Source: an uncultured Acidimicrobiaceae bacterium (GTDB lineage Bacteria; Actinomycetota; Acidimicrobiia; Acidimicrobiales; Bog-793). Taken from it: DNA of 64,000 nt. Where the stretch lies: contig CAVRXQ010000002.1 in NCBI GenBank assembly GCA_963725215.1, forward strand, positions 400,205 through 464,204, read 5' to 3'. How positions within the stretch are numbered: the first letter of the stretch is position 1; each line of letters opens with the position of its first letter. A program made the position numbers and the translations under genes. Below are positions 44,135 to 55,097 of this stretch, one piece after another. The notes under the pieces are model-generated. The model saw only the letters and a list, made by a program, of their open reading frames with translations. It did not search any database and had not been told where the DNA came from.

Positions 44135-44579
44135 CGCCGGCACGCGGGCGCTCCTCTTTCTGGTCAGGCAGGCCGAGCTCTTCGCTCTGAGCTCCGGAGT
44201 ATTCGCGTCGTGGTGAATGCGGGAAGCGACCGCGCTCGCAACAAGTAGCCCCAAACGTCGCTGACTAGACCTCGAAACTGGGCGAAGCGAGCTCGCCCTG
44301 GCACACAATCCCGAGATTACGCGTACCGATGGTTACGGTTCGCGAAACGTCGAATCCTCCTCGCGCGAGGCGCGAGTTCGTCCTCCAGTGACTGGGCGGC
44401 GCTCACGAGGATCTCGACGTCGCGGTCGTTGAATGCTGCACGCTCTCTCGAAGCTGCAATGAAGATCCCGATCGCTCGAATGCCGTCCCGCAACGGAACG
44501 CTCACGAAGGAGCCGACGCCGAGTCGTGTCGTCGTGGCGTGGTCGACGAACGGGCCCTTTGCGGTGTCGTCGCAGCGGA
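44135..44579. repeat. 445-bp inverted repeat, copy 1
   Basis: reverse complement of 45742-46186; the ORF track shows identical peptides on opposite strands. Confidence 0.9.
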
Positions 44580-44820
44580 AAGCCGAGCCGCTTAGAAATG
44601 CGAGCCCGGACATGCTCTCATTGATGCCTAGTCGCAACTGGTCGAGTCCGCCAATGTTTCCTGCTCGAGATGCCTCGACCAGTTGGTCTCCGACGACGAG
44701 AGCGACGCCGCATCCGTCGGCTTTCGGAATCAGCCGCAGAACCTCTTGAGATGCCCGAGTCATCGCGGCGTTCGACTCGCCACTTTTGCTCGCCTTTTGT
44801 GCTGCGGGTCGCTCGCTCAT
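44317..44820 (-). CDS. stand-alone GAF-domain protein
   Basis: ADGCGV, S.SGL....G....CDD, SF.SVPL..G.RAIG, AFNDRD. Confidence 0.7.
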   Translation of the reverse strand: MSERPAAQKASKSGESNAAMTRASQEVLRLIPKADGCGVALVVGDQLVEASRAGNIGGLDQLRLGINESMSGLAFLSGSAFRCDDTAKGPFVDHATTTRLGVGSFVSVPLRDGIRAIGIFIAASRERAAFNDRDVEILVSAAQSLEDELAPRARRIRRFANRNHRYA

Positions 44821-45036
44821 TGTCGAAAGCCTCCGCCTAAAAGGTGTGCTCCCTCGTACAAAACGACACTTTCCGAAGACGCATGAAGGGCCGAAAGTCC
44901 CGACCGGGCCGGGTTGTCGTTGACTACCCGGACCATCCCCGAACATTCACCGCCGATGGGACGAGGGGCATCACCGATCGCCGGCCCTGCGAGATCCTTC
45001 GGGTACACGTCTTTTCTACGCGGCGGGCAGACCGTT

Positions 45037-45645
45037 TCACTTGGAGTAAACCCCAGGCACGAGGGCGTCACACGCTTTCTGCGCGCCCTGGTATTGAGGA
45101 GAGTTCTGGTCGACGCCGATGTCGCGCACAACTCCGGCATTGGTCGGATCGGGGAAGTTCGGCACGCCATGTGAGCGCATGCACTGCACGAACTTCAGTT
45201 CCTTGGCGAGGGCTTGCTGGTTCTGCGCGGGGGTGGGTACCCCGCCTGGGAGGAGGTGGCGGCATGTCTGATCAGCCGAGATGTACTGAGGCGACATCCG
45301 ATCGATACCGCTCGACATCGGCGCACCATCCTTTCCGCCATACGCGAATTTGACGTTGATCTGGCCATCGCTGGTCGGGTCGGGGAAGTTCGACACGCCA
45401 TGTGAGCGCATGCAGTCGACGTACGCGAGAGCGGCCTTGTATTTCGCAGCGGTACTGCCGCCACTTCCCGCTGTCTGGGACGACGACGTCTGGGTTGTGG
45501 TCGTCGTTGAGCCGAGGTTTGCGACGCCGGTCGACGGTGACCCGCCGCAGGCCGCGCCTACGAGGCCACCTGCTGCCAGGGCGAGGATGAACAGTGCTTG
45601 TCTCAGCGGTCGGCGCGCGACCATCTGCTTACTCGTTACCTCCAT
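45037..45645 (-). CDS. lipoprotein with two CMRSHGV.NFPDP repeats
   Basis: signal peptide and GAAC lipobox, Thr/Ser linker, internal repeat; paralog at 53272. Confidence 0.8.
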   Translation of the reverse strand: MEVTSKQMVARRPLRQALFILALAAGGLVGAACGGSPSTGVANLGSTTTTTQTSSSQTAGSGGSTAAKYKAALAYVDCMRSHGVSNFPDPTSDGQINVKFAYGGKDGAPMSSGIDRMSPQYISADQTCRHLLPGGVPTPAQNQQALAKELKFVQCMRSHGVPNFPDPTNAGVVRDIGVDQNSPQYQGAQKACDALVPGVYSK

Positions 45646-45697
45646 CTCCCGCGTCCCGCGGTCGGAGCTGCCCGGTAGGCAGTTATAGGGTTTCGGA

Positions 45698-45735
45698 GGT
45701 CACAGCAGGGTCACAATTGTGACCCTGCTGTGACC
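45698..45735. repeat. perfect 38-bp palindrome GGTCACAGCAGGGTCACAATTGTGACCCTGCTGTGACC
   Basis: self-complementary; each half holds GGTCACA twice at 11-bp spacing. Confidence 0.9.
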
Positions 45736-45741
45736 CGCACG

Positions 45742-46186
45742 TCCGCTGCGACGACACCGCAAAGGGCCCGTTCGTCGACCACGCCACGACGACACGACTC
45801 GGCGTCGGCTCCTTCGTGAGCGTTCCGTTGCGGGACGGCATTCGAGCGATCGGGATCTTCATTGCAGCTTCGAGAGAGCGTGCAGCATTCAACGACCGCG
45901 ACGTCGAGATCCTCGTGAGCGCCGCCCAGTCACTGGAGGACGAACTCGCGCCTCGCGCGAGGAGGATTCGACGTTTCGCGAACCGTAACCATCGGTACGC
46001 GTAATCTCGGGATTGTGTGCCAGGGCGAGCTCGCTTCGCCCAGTTTCGAGGTCTAGTCAGCGACGTTTGGGGCTACTTGTTGCGAGCGCGGTCGCTTCCC
46101 GCATTCACCACGACGCGAATACTCCGGAGCTCAGAGCGAAGAGCTCGGCCTGCCTGACCAGAAAGAGGAGCGCCCGCGTGCCGGCG
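45742..46186. repeat. 445-bp inverted repeat, copy 2 (3' half of the GAF gene plus downstream DNA)
   Basis: reverse complement of 44135-44579. Confidence 0.9.
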
Positions 46187-46481
46187 ATAGGTGACGCTTT
46201 CAATTCCGAATGCTTGATGCGCGTTATGGGACGCGGGTTGCACTCCAGATCTGTCGTTGGCGAGGATGCCTACCGCGCAGCCTTCCTCGTGAACGGCACG
46301 GTTTGCATCGAGAGTTCGATTTGCCGTCTTGTTTCCGATCCAAGGTTATGGACGGGTTTCGAGTGGTTAGTACGAGATCATGAGTCCTTGACTGTCAGCG
46401 ACACCAACACGTCACGCGCAAGCGTGAGCGAATTCCTCGAATCCATTCGCCTCGTCGATAAATGAAGCCCCGGCTGTCTTT

Positions 46482-47782
46482 TGAATCGCCCTGGGTTTCC
46501 TGGAGGCTCCAAACCTTGGAAAGGTTGGAGACATGGGAGACCCACAAAAGAGGTACCCGCCTGAGCTGAAGGAGCGGGCGGTGCGGATGGTCCTCGAGGC
46601 CCGAGCCGCTGATCCGAACGATCACAACGCGATCCACGCGCATCGCCCGGCAGCTCGGTGTCGGGGCGGAGTCACTGCGCAACTGGTTGAAGCAGACCCT
46701 CATCGACTCGGGCGAGCGCCCCGGGACGACGACCGACGAGCGCAAGCAGATCACTGAGCTCGAAAAGGAGGTGAAAGAGCTCCGACGCGCCAACGCGATC
46801 CTGCGCTCTGCGTCGGCTTTCTTCGCGGCGGAGCTCGACCGCCCACAGAAGTGATGGTCCGCTACATCGACGAGCACAAAGAGGTGTTCGGGGTCGAGCC
46901 CATCTGCCGTCAGTTGCAGGTGGCCCAGAGCACCTACTACGCGGCGAAGTCACGGCCACCATCAGCGCGTGCACGGCGTGACGCGCTGTTGATCCCGATC
47001 CTCGTCGCGCTGTGGAGCGCGAACTTCCGGGTCTATGGGGCAAGAAAGCTCTGGAAGTCCGCCCGGCGCGCCGGCCACGACGTCGGACGCGACCAGGTCG
47101 CCCGCCTCATGCGCATCGCTGGGATCGAGGGCCTGCGCAGGGGGAAGAAGCACCGCACGACGAGGCCCGACGACAAGGCTGCTCGTCACCCCGATCTCGT
47201 CGAGCGTCGCTTCGTGGCCGATCGTCCGAACCGCCTGTGGGTGAGCGACATCACCTACGTCGCCACCTGGTCGGGCTTTGCCTACGTCTGTTTCATCACC
47301 GACGCCTTCTCACGGATGATCGTCGCCTGGCGTGTCGCCACCCACATGCGCACCGAGATGGTGCTCGACGCGCTTCAGATGGCGCGATGGAAACGGGGGA
47401 CGGTGCTCGAGGGGTTGGTCAGTCACTCGGATGCCGGCGGTCAGTTCACGTCTGTTCGCTATGGCGAGGCGCTCACGGATCTCGGTGCCGTGCCGTCGAT
47501 CGGCTCGGTCGGCGACGCGTTCGACAACGCGCTCGCCGAGGCGATGAACGGTGCCTACAAAACAGAGCTGATCCGCGGGCCCGGCCAAGGACCCTGGCGG
47601 ACCGTCGACGACGTCGAGCTCGCGACGCTCTCATGGGTGCACTGGTACAACTCAGAGCGCTTGCATGAGTATCTCGGCTACGTCCCACCGGCTGAGTTCG
47701 AGGAGGCGTTCCTCGCCAAGCAATCACATCAGCAACTCGTTGGAATCCAATAGCCCGAGTTCCATCAGACCCAGGGCGATTA
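46482..47782 (+). mobile_element. IS3-family element (IS6110/IS51-like); orfA 46533-46854 with a frameshift, orfB 46851-47753
   Basis: IRs TGAATCGCCCTGGG / CCCAGGGCGATT; RYPPELKERAV, FFAAELDR; W..DITY, HSDAG.QF, DNALAE DDE motifs. Confidence 0.92.
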
Positions 47783-47970
47783 TTTCTTATATGGTCACGT
47801 TCCTCGTGACGATGTATGAGAGCCTCGGTCAACGAGATCTCGTAGTTCGATTTGCTCAGCTGGAGTTAGCTCTTTCGAGCTAATTCCAACCTTTTTCTTT
47901 CTCTTCCCACTACGACGACGTCAAACTCCAACGAGTTGGGGCTGCCCAACGAGAGAGAAGGAATCGGACA

Positions 47971-48693
47971 ATGGGCTTACGTTCAGCGCAACACTTCAAA
48001 CTACGAACTGGAGCGCAAAACCTAAAGGAGCGACGTGCGCCACTGCGGAAGGGGTTACTCTTCGTCGCTGCAGTATTCATAACTGGACTGGTCGCCATCC
48101 CGAGTACAGCACTTGCGTCCGATGGGGGTTCCCACAATGGCGACCACCACCACGGCAAGCAGCACAACGGCGAGCAGCACAACGCCTCAGGATCGAGCTA
48201 TCCGTGGGCCTACACTTTCGACAACAACAGCGGACCAGACTCTGGCTACTGCACCAGTTACACGAATGCTTGGGCGAACGACAGGTACTCACGCACCTTC
48301 GTTGTTATCCCGCAAGTGGACGGCAGCTATCTCGTTGACGAAAGCTTTACGGGAAGATTTGTCACGATCGCTGGTAATCCACAACCGAACGCTTCGCCTT
48401 GCGGGGCGACAGAGACAGGTGGCGTGAAAGGTAACTACGTCGGCACTGAATCTTTTAAGATCAGCGGACCGGTGGAGTTCAATCCTGAAGCCACGTGCGT
48501 CGCATGCAATGCGACTACGACAAACTCGTCATCTGCCGAGGCTGGTAATGCCGCCTTCGTGGCAGCGTTCTTCCCTGGCGGCACGTACAGCGGAGTCGGT
48601 AACTTCGACTTCCGGTACACGACGGAGCACAACGGCTCGTGGATCGATTCGATCGCTACTCCACAAGCATCGAGCGGTAACATCACCGGCTGA
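47971..48693 (+). CDS. secreted hypothetical protein with His-rich linker
   Basis: signal peptide ending ALA; HNGDHHHGKQHNGEQHN; four Cys; followed by a terminator. Confidence 0.65.
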   Translation: MGLRSAQHFKLRTGAQNLKERRAPLRKGLLFVAAVFITGLVAIPSTALASDGGSHNGDHHHGKQHNGEQHNASGSSYPWAYTFDNNSGPDSGYCTSYTNAWANDRYSRTFVVIPQVDGSYLVDESFTGRFVTIAGNPQPNASPCGATETGGVKGNYVGTESFKISGPVEFNPEATCVACNATTTNSSSAEAGNAAFVAAFFPGGTYSGVGNFDFRYTTEHNGSWIDSIATPQASSGNITG

Positions 48694-48713
48694 CGCAGAC
48701 AGCTTCTTAACCG

Positions 48714-48755
48714 AAATCCCCCGGTCTCGTAATGGCGGCCGGGGGATTTTGTTTT
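48714..48755 (+). terminator. rho-independent terminator
   Basis: AAATCCCCCGG...CCGGGGGATTTT then GTTTT. Confidence 0.7.
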
Positions 48756-48812
48756 ACCGTCGCACGAATCAAGGCGAGCCCCTTCATCCCACGAACTACA
48801 TGATTCGGAGCT

Positions 48813-49166
48813 TTGTTTACGAAGACGGCGCACCACATTCCGCCTTTGTTCTTCTGGCCCATCAGCCGCCTCCGATCGATGACCGATCAAGCCGCTTATG
48901 CAATCCTTCGATCTCGTGCGAAAAAAGCGAAAGTGAAATTGTTCAGCCCACACGATTTACGCCGGAGCTGCGTCTCAGACCTTCTGGAAGCCGGTGTCGA
49001 CATCTCGATCGTGCAGCGTCTTGTCGGCCACGCAAATGTGACGACGACTGCTCGTTACGACCGTCGAGGAGAACAGGCAAAGAAGCGAGCTGCCAAGAGC
49101 CTGCACGTCCCGTTCGTAATCAATGAGCGTCTCGACCGGCGGGCATCGGACGGACGGGCCGACTAA
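48813..49166 (+). pseudogene. tyrosine recombinase C-terminal fragment
   Basis: [27 protein letters not shown]; N-terminal part absent. Confidence 0.85.
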
Positions 49167-49224
49167 TGACGGCGACCTCGGGAAGTGATGACTCGAATTA
49201 CGTACTTCTGCTCGTTTGTCCCTC

Positions 49225-49553
49225 ATGACCGTTCCTATCGAACTCAGGCCCCACATATTTCGAGGCGTCAAAGCGAAACTGGAGCGGGCAGAACACCATC
49301 GATAAGTCATTAACGATTGCTTGAGGGATACGGGGAAAGACACGGATACAAGGTTTCGTTCAAGCAGAACCCTAATGGCAGCATCGTCAGCGCCATCTTC
49401 ACGGTTGAGCGTTCGCCCGAAGTAAGTCTCGGCATCACAATCGGGGAGTTCTTGCACAACGCCAGAGGGGCGCTCGACCACATGGTCTACGCACTCCTGG
49501 AAACTCGACTTCGGGGCTTGTCCGGAGACCTTTTGCTCCTCCAATTCGATTAA
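49225..49553 (+). pseudogene. broken gene related to 26175-27050
   Basis: AKLERAEHH then frameshift, IGEFLHNARGALDH, then truncated. Confidence 0.5.
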
Positions 49554-49729
49554 CGCCTGGTCCTTACCCATGCGGGTGATAGCGCCGAAGGACACCTGGA
49601 CATCCTTCGGCTGGATGCTCACATCGATGGCACCGATGCCCGATCCGGGTGCCGCCATCGCATCGCGAGAGCACGAAGTTGTTACAGCTAGGCAAGTGAT
49701 AACTACATTGAAGGGCGGAGGGTGTTGCG

Positions 49730-50722
49730 ATGTCTGGTCAGGGCAGCCCCGACAACTTGGCAACGCCAAGAGGCGAGTACGAAATCATAGAGTCATTTGA
49801 GGAAAGCGAGGCTCGCCGCGAAGCCCTGCTTTCGTCACTCGACGACATCGTCTTCGAACTCGATCGTGACGGCGTGTACTTGGGTGTCTGGACCGCGAGT
49901 AACCATCTGCTTGCTAGGCCGCGGGGCGAGCTGATCGGCCGAAGCGTTCGGGAGGTGATCGGCGACGACCTCGGCGAAGATCTAGTACGAATCATCGGGC
50001 GCGTTCTCGACAAGGGTTCGCCCGAAGTCTGGGAGTACTCGCTCTTGGTCCCGACCGGCACACGCTGGTTTCAGGCAAGACTCGCCCCGATCAAGGTCCC
50101 ACGCGAGACGGCCGCCACCAGAGTGTGCCTTCTTGTACGCGACGTCTCGGATCAGAAGGTCGCCGAACAAGCCCGGACGCACGCCGAAAACGAGCTCAGG
50201 CGGCTAGCTCTCCACGACGGCCTGACAGGCCTACCCAACAAGGCCTTGTTTGCTGACCGGCTCGAGCACACGCTCGTTCGCAGTTCTCGGATTGGTGCGA
50301 CAACAGCGGTGCTGTTCTGCGATCTCGACAACTTCAATACCGTCAACAACACCTTCGGGCATCTGACTGGAGATGCCGTGCTCGTCGAGGTTGCACGGCG
50401 ATTGAAATCGGCGGTCCGCGCAGAGGACACGCTCTCCCGCTTTGGCGGCGACGAATTCGTCGTCTGCTGTGAGAACGTCCGCAATCAGGCCGAGGCGCGG
50501 GAGATCGCAGGGCGAATTTCAGCAGCGCTCGTGCCGCCCGTTACAGCCAACGGGAGTGAGGTGCAGGTACGGGTAAGCATCGGAATCCGCTTAGCTGAGA
50601 CTTCTGCAGAGAGCCCCGAAACGCTGATCCGCGATGCCGACATGGCAATGTACCAAGCCAAGGCGAACGGAAGGGACTGTGTAGCCGAATTCAACCAACT
50701 CAGCGACGACCAGGGACGTTAG
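49730..50722 (+). CDS. PAS-GGDEF diguanylate cyclase
   Basis: PAS domain; HDGLTGLPN, DLDNF..VN..FGH..GD, RFGGDEF, SIGI, AD.AMY.AK. Confidence 0.9.
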   Translation: MSGQGSPDNLATPRGEYEIIESFEESEARREALLSSLDDIVFELDRDGVYLGVWTASNHLLARPRGELIGRSVREVIGDDLGEDLVRIIGRVLDKGSPEVWEYSLLVPTGTRWFQARLAPIKVPRETAATRVCLLVRDVSDQKVAEQARTHAENELRRLALHDGLTGLPNKALFADRLEHTLVRSSRIGATTAVLFCDLDNFNTVNNTFGHLTGDAVLVEVARRLKSAVRAEDTLSRFGGDEFVVCCENVRNQAEAREIAGRISAALVPPVTANGSEVQVRVSIGIRLAETSAESPETLIRDADMAMYQAKANGRDCVAEFNQLSDDQGR

Positions 50723-50814
50723 CGACTAATTCAGCCTCGCGGCGGTTTCGTCCCGCTTTCGTGCTCCGGCCCCTCTCCCGGATCTATTCCGGCAGCGAGG
50801 ATCGCGTTAGCGCA

Positions 50815-52129
50815 GAAGGATCCGTCGCTTCGTTGATGGAACTGGCAGCGTGAGGGAGAGTGCCCAAACCAGGTCTGACCCAACGAATCCGGCTGACGTC
50901 CTTGCGGACTGTCCTTATATCGATCAGTCGGCCCGGCCGGGCACTCGCCCGACACCCACCGGTTGGACGGAGTGACCTCATAGGAGCCTGCCGAACAGGC
51001 CCATCGCTGTCTTGTCCGTCGTCCAGCAGGTCGGTGCCACCCCACCGGCTTTAGACGAAGGGATGACAGTGACCACTTTGACACGAAGCATCACAGGAGG
51101 CGTCGACACACACCTCGACGTGCACGTCGCGGCAGCACTCGACGATCGCGGCGCCCTTCTCGGCGTTGAGAGCTTTGCGACGAACCTCCGCGGCTATCGC
51201 GAACTGCTCGCCTGGCTAGAGAGCTTTGGAGAAGTCGAGCTCGTCGGTGTCGAAGGCACCGGCTCTTATGGAGCGGGACTCACCCGACACCTGCACGGCG
51301 CACAGGTCCGCGTCGTCGAGATCGACCGCCCCAACCGTCAGCGTCGCCGGCGCAGAGGAAAGTCCGACCCCGAAGACGCGGTCGCCGCTGCCCGCGCCGC
51401 AATGGCCGGCGAGGCGAATGGTGAAGCAAAGACGAGGGACGGAAACGTCGAGGCCATGCGGGTGATGCGGGTCGCTCGATCATCAGCGCGAAGGACTCGC
51501 ACCCAGGCGCTCAACCAGATGCGCAGCCTCATCTCGACCGCACCCGAGCCGATCCGCGAAGAGCTGCGCTACCTGAACGTCTATCGGCTCCTCGAGCGCT
51601 GCGTCGCTTATCGCCCCGCTGACAAACGCGATCTCGTCTCAGTCACCAAGCGCACGCTCAAGATGCTCGCCCAACGATCGGTCTCACTCGAAGAAGAGAT
51701 CCGCGAGCTCGACGCGATGCTGAAGCCGCTCGTCCGCGAAACGGCACCGGAGCTCATCTCATGCACGGGGGTCGGAACAGACGTCGCTTCCGCCCTTCTC
51801 GTCGCCGCCGGCGACAACCCGGAACGGCTCCGCAACGAGGCAACGTTTGCTCATCTCTGTGGCGTGTCGCCGATCGACGCGAGTAGCGGCAAGCACGAAC
51901 GACACCGCCTCAACAGAAGCGGCGACCGCCACGCCAACTCGGCGCTGTGGCACATCGTCATCACCCGCATGGTTTGTGATCCGCGAACTCGCCACTACAT
52001 CGAGCGTCGCATGAAGGAGGGGCTCACGAAGAAGGAGGCCGTTCGCTGTCTCAAGCGCTACGTCGCCCGCGAGGTCTACGACCTACTACCTCGTCGGCAT
52101 CTCGCTATTGACAGTCCATAGGAGCATCG
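50815..52129 (+). mobile_element. IS110-family element; transposase 51063-52121 with ~240-bp 5' non-coding end (left boundary approximate)
   Basis: GGVDTHLDVH, EGTGSYG, KSDPEDA (DEDD), ASSG serine, R.GDR.AN.AL. Confidence 0.9.
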
Positions 52130-52258
52130 GTAGGTGTCACTTCTCGCGAACACGTCCGATGGTCGTTAGGGCACAGTCGAGGTGATGCCCCTGAGCGATC
52201 GGACATCTCTCGTCTAGGTTCACGCGGGTCGAGTCAACTCCGAACCGAGGAGGTCGCA

Positions 52259-52594
52259 TTGCGCTTTCTCATGATCATCTGCCGCGACGACGTTCCCGTG
52301 GAAGGACCGTCACGTGCGTTGGGCGACGACGTCGAACAGTGGGTGACGGCGATGGACGCGAGAGGCGTCCGCATCACGGGAGACCCGCTCGCGCCTGAGA
52401 CCGAAGCGACGGTTGTGCGGGTGCGCGACGGCCAGCAGCAGGTGAGCAAAGGGGCCTTCCTGACGACCAACACCCCGCTCATCGGCTTCGACTTGCTCGA
52501 GTGCCGGGATGTGGACGAGGCGATCGAGGTCGCGTCGGCGCATCCACTCGCGCAGCGCTTCGTCCTCGAACTCCGCCCGATCGCGGCGGACTAG
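52259..52594 (+). CDS. YciI/DGPF-family protein
   Basis: G..L.P...AT.VRVR.G....GAF, GF.L.EC.D.DEAIE.A..HP, ELRP. Confidence 0.8.
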   Translation: MRFLMIICRDDVPVEGPSRALGDDVEQWVTAMDARGVRITGDPLAPETEATVVRVRDGQQQVSKGAFLTTNTPLIGFDLLECRDVDEAIEVASAHPLAQRFVLELRPIAAD

Positions 52595-52611
52595 TGCACG
52601 AAGGAGTGGCG

Positions 52612-53118
52612 ATGGCAGAGCCGGCGAGCGAGGAGGAGAAGGCGAACCTGCTCGGCGCACTCGACAACCAGCGCCAACACGTGATGGGCATCCTTGAGGG
52701 GCTATCAGAAGAGGACCTCCACCGAAGCGCCCTTCCGTCAGGGTGGACGTGTCTCGGGCTCGTCCAACACCTGGCCCTCGATGATGAGCGCTTCTGGTTC
52801 TGGCGCGTCGTCTGTGGTCAATCGGAGACCGGGGACACCGAAATAGACGACGCCTGGTCGGTCGGGCCGGACGTGCCAGCCGACGCCATCTTCGACCTCT
52901 ACCGGCGAGAGATCGAACGAGCGAATGCCGTAATCAGGGACACGCCCCTTGATGAGGCGCCGAAGTGGTGGCCCGAGGATCTCTTTGGGAGCTGGAGGCT
53001 CGACAACCTCCGACAAATCATGCTGCACGTAATCACGGAGACCGCTTGCCATTCCGGACACCTCGACGCGGCGAGGGAGCTGATTGACGGCCGGACCTGG
53101 CTGGTGCTCACGAGTTAG
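52612..53118 (+). CDS. DinB/DUF664-family protein
   Basis: LPSGWTCLGLVQHL...E.FWF, LH.I.ETA.H.GHLD..RELIDG. Confidence 0.85.
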   Translation: MAEPASEEEKANLLGALDNQRQHVMGILEGLSEEDLHRSALPSGWTCLGLVQHLALDDERFWFWRVVCGQSETGDTEIDDAWSVGPDVPADAIFDLYRREIERANAVIRDTPLDEAPKWWPEDLFGSWRLDNLRQIMLHVITETACHSGHLDAARELIDGRTWLVLTS

Positions 53119-53271
53119 CGATCGCTGCCCACCAGTCGGCATTGTCACTGGTCAGGGTCAGTCGCGAAAACCTGTCTCGACGCTCATTAGAGGACGCGCT
53201 GCGACTTTAAGTGTCGTCACTTCACAATTTGTTGTCCGTCCGGACTTCGCGACGAAGGCAGACTCCTTTTT

Positions 53272-53841
53272 TTACCCTCCAGGAGCGAACGACTTGCAGG
53301 CCTTCATCGCCGATTGGACCTGCGGAGAGTTCGGGTTCCCCGGCAAGCGCATGCCGACGCCGCCTTTGCTCTCGACCGGGTCCGGTGTGTTGGGGAGGCC
53401 GTGAGTGCGCAGGCACCGCACGTACTTCAACAGCTGGGTGAGCGCGTACTGCAGCCCCGCGGCGGTCGGCTTCCCGCCGTTCGGGAGGAGGTGCGTACAC
53501 GCCTTGTCGGCCGAGTTGTACTGGGCGGAGCGGACGTCGACGCGCTGACCGTTGAGAAGACCGCGGTCGTAGAGGAAGCTGCCGTCGCTCGTCGGGTCGG
53601 GCATGTTCGGCACGCCGTGGGTCCGCATGCACTGGGCGTACTTGACGGCGTCCAAGTAGTTGACTTCCTTGTTCCCGCCCGAGGCTCCGGCGGGTGGGGA
53701 GGTCGTCGTCGTGGTCGACGACCCGAGGCTCGCTACGCCCGGTCCGGAAGCGCCCCCGCAGGCGGCGAAGAGCGCCGCCACGGCAACAAGCGCGAGCCCG
53801 ACCGAAGCGGCACGCAGCTTCCTTGTGTGAGCGGCTGGCAT
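53272..53841 (-). CDS. lipoprotein with C(M/L)RTHG.PN.PDP repeats
   Basis: FAAC lipobox; paralog of 45037-45645. Confidence 0.8.
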   Translation of the reverse strand: MPAAHTRKLRAASVGLALVAVAALFAACGGASGPGVASLGSSTTTTTSPPAGASGGNKEVNYLDAVKYAQCMRTHGVPNMPDPTSDGSFLYDRGLLNGQRVDVRSAQYNSADKACTHLLPNGGKPTAAGLQYALTQLLKYVRCLRTHGLPNTPDPVESKGGVGMRLPGNPNSPQVQSAMKACKSFAPGG

Positions 53842-53949
53842 CACCCTCGATCCTGGAAGCCCTCGCTTCATCGTCGCGTATTGACCTTGTACGCCGTAGG
53901 CGGTTGCGCCACGGTTACGAGGACGCCCACCCGCTGGCGATCGGTGACA

Positions 53950-54142
53950 CCTCGGCGCGGCGGATTCAACTGGATGGTGATGATCTCCGAGCGTCCGGCC
54001 GAGCTCGAAGATCGGGCCGTCCGAGGGCATTGGGAAGGCGACCTCATTCTCGGGAAGAACGGCCGCTCCACGGTCGGCACGCTCGTCGAGCACTCGACGC
54101 GCTATGTGATCTTGTTGCACCTGCCCGATGGCAGGGAGGCGG
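53950..54142 (+). pseudogene. IS30-family transposase fragment
   Basis: [21 protein letters not shown]......GTLVE..TRY..L.HLP. Confidence 0.8.
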
Positions 54143-54274
54143 ACTTGAGGGATACGCGAACGTCGCTGTCACCTGCGAACTCACTTGGATGTATCCGACA
54201 GACCCGGTCACGAAGCCGAACATTCACCCGAATCTTGCTGGCTATTCAACGATCGGTCCGAATTGACTTAGAGC

Positions 54275-54700
54275 ATGGAACCGCTCGAGTGGGTGCGTGA
54301 CCAAGGAATCGTGTTGCAGTCGGCGCGAGGCCCGGTCCCGAACCTTGCCGAGTTCATCGCTGGTGAACCGATCCGTGGCAGTTGGTGGGGGCACAGGGCC
54401 GGTTATGAGATCTTCAGGATCATCAATGAGGTCCGCAGTTCTCCGGACGTGGTAGCGACGCGTCTCATCAACGGCAAGGTCACTCTCATTCATCGTCGGC
54501 TCTGGCCGGCCGTCGTCCGACTCGCCGATCGTTTCCCGCCAGACCGGCTCGCTGCGGTTGATGAGGAGCACACCTCGACGGGCGCTCACCGAACGATAAA
54601 AACCCCGTTTCTGAGTTGGGTCCCGGCCGAGGACGTAAGAAAGGCGGCCGGGCTCAACCTCGAGGAAGCGCTCGAGATGCTCCCTGCGTGTCTGCGCTAG
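54275..54700 (+). CDS. conserved hypothetical protein (AlkZ/winged-helix-like)
   Basis: [32 protein letters not shown]. Confidence 0.6.
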   Translation: MEPLEWVRDQGIVLQSARGPVPNLAEFIAGEPIRGSWWGHRAGYEIFRIINEVRSSPDVVATRLINGKVTLIHRRLWPAVVRLADRFPPDRLAAVDEEHTSTGAHRTIKTPFLSWVPAEDVRKAAGLNLEEALEMLPACLR

Positions 54701-55038
54701 ATCAGTTGGGTTCTCGGCATCATTTCTCGATCGACAGGGCGAGTCGAACAAATGTCCCAAAACGCGCTCCACTGAATCTCACGCACAGCATCCGAGACCG
54801 TCGGCACTGGGAGCCGCTAACTCGTCGTCCAAATTCGCCTTGGTTTAACAGGTGAGAGCCGAGCCCTCGTCGGTCCCCGGGCCAGCTCGCGATGCGCCAA
54901 ACGGACTTAAACCGTCTTTCCCGTTGGACCAGATCCGTGGAACTTGCTCCCGTCATCGCATTCGGCCGCTGGATGTGACCGAATGCGCAGAAGTCCGAGC
55001 CGTTTGATCCACTTTCTGAGTTCGACGGCGGGACCTCC

Positions 55039-55088
55039 TTTACAGCGTCGCCGCAGCTCTCTATAGTTCACTAGATATCTAGGGGAAC
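55039..55088 (+). promoter_or_regulatory. sigma70-type promoter with overlapping GntR/YtrA operator
   Basis: TTTACA(55039)-17-TATAGT(55062); palindrome CTAGATATCTAG 55071-55082. Confidence 0.7.
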
Positions 55089-55097
55089 AGGGGAGCC

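Noticed and set aside
54145-54266. NIHPN..GY..I peptide resembling an SGNH hydrolase C-terminus
   Set aside because: Only about 40 residues fused to an IS30 remnant; too short to call
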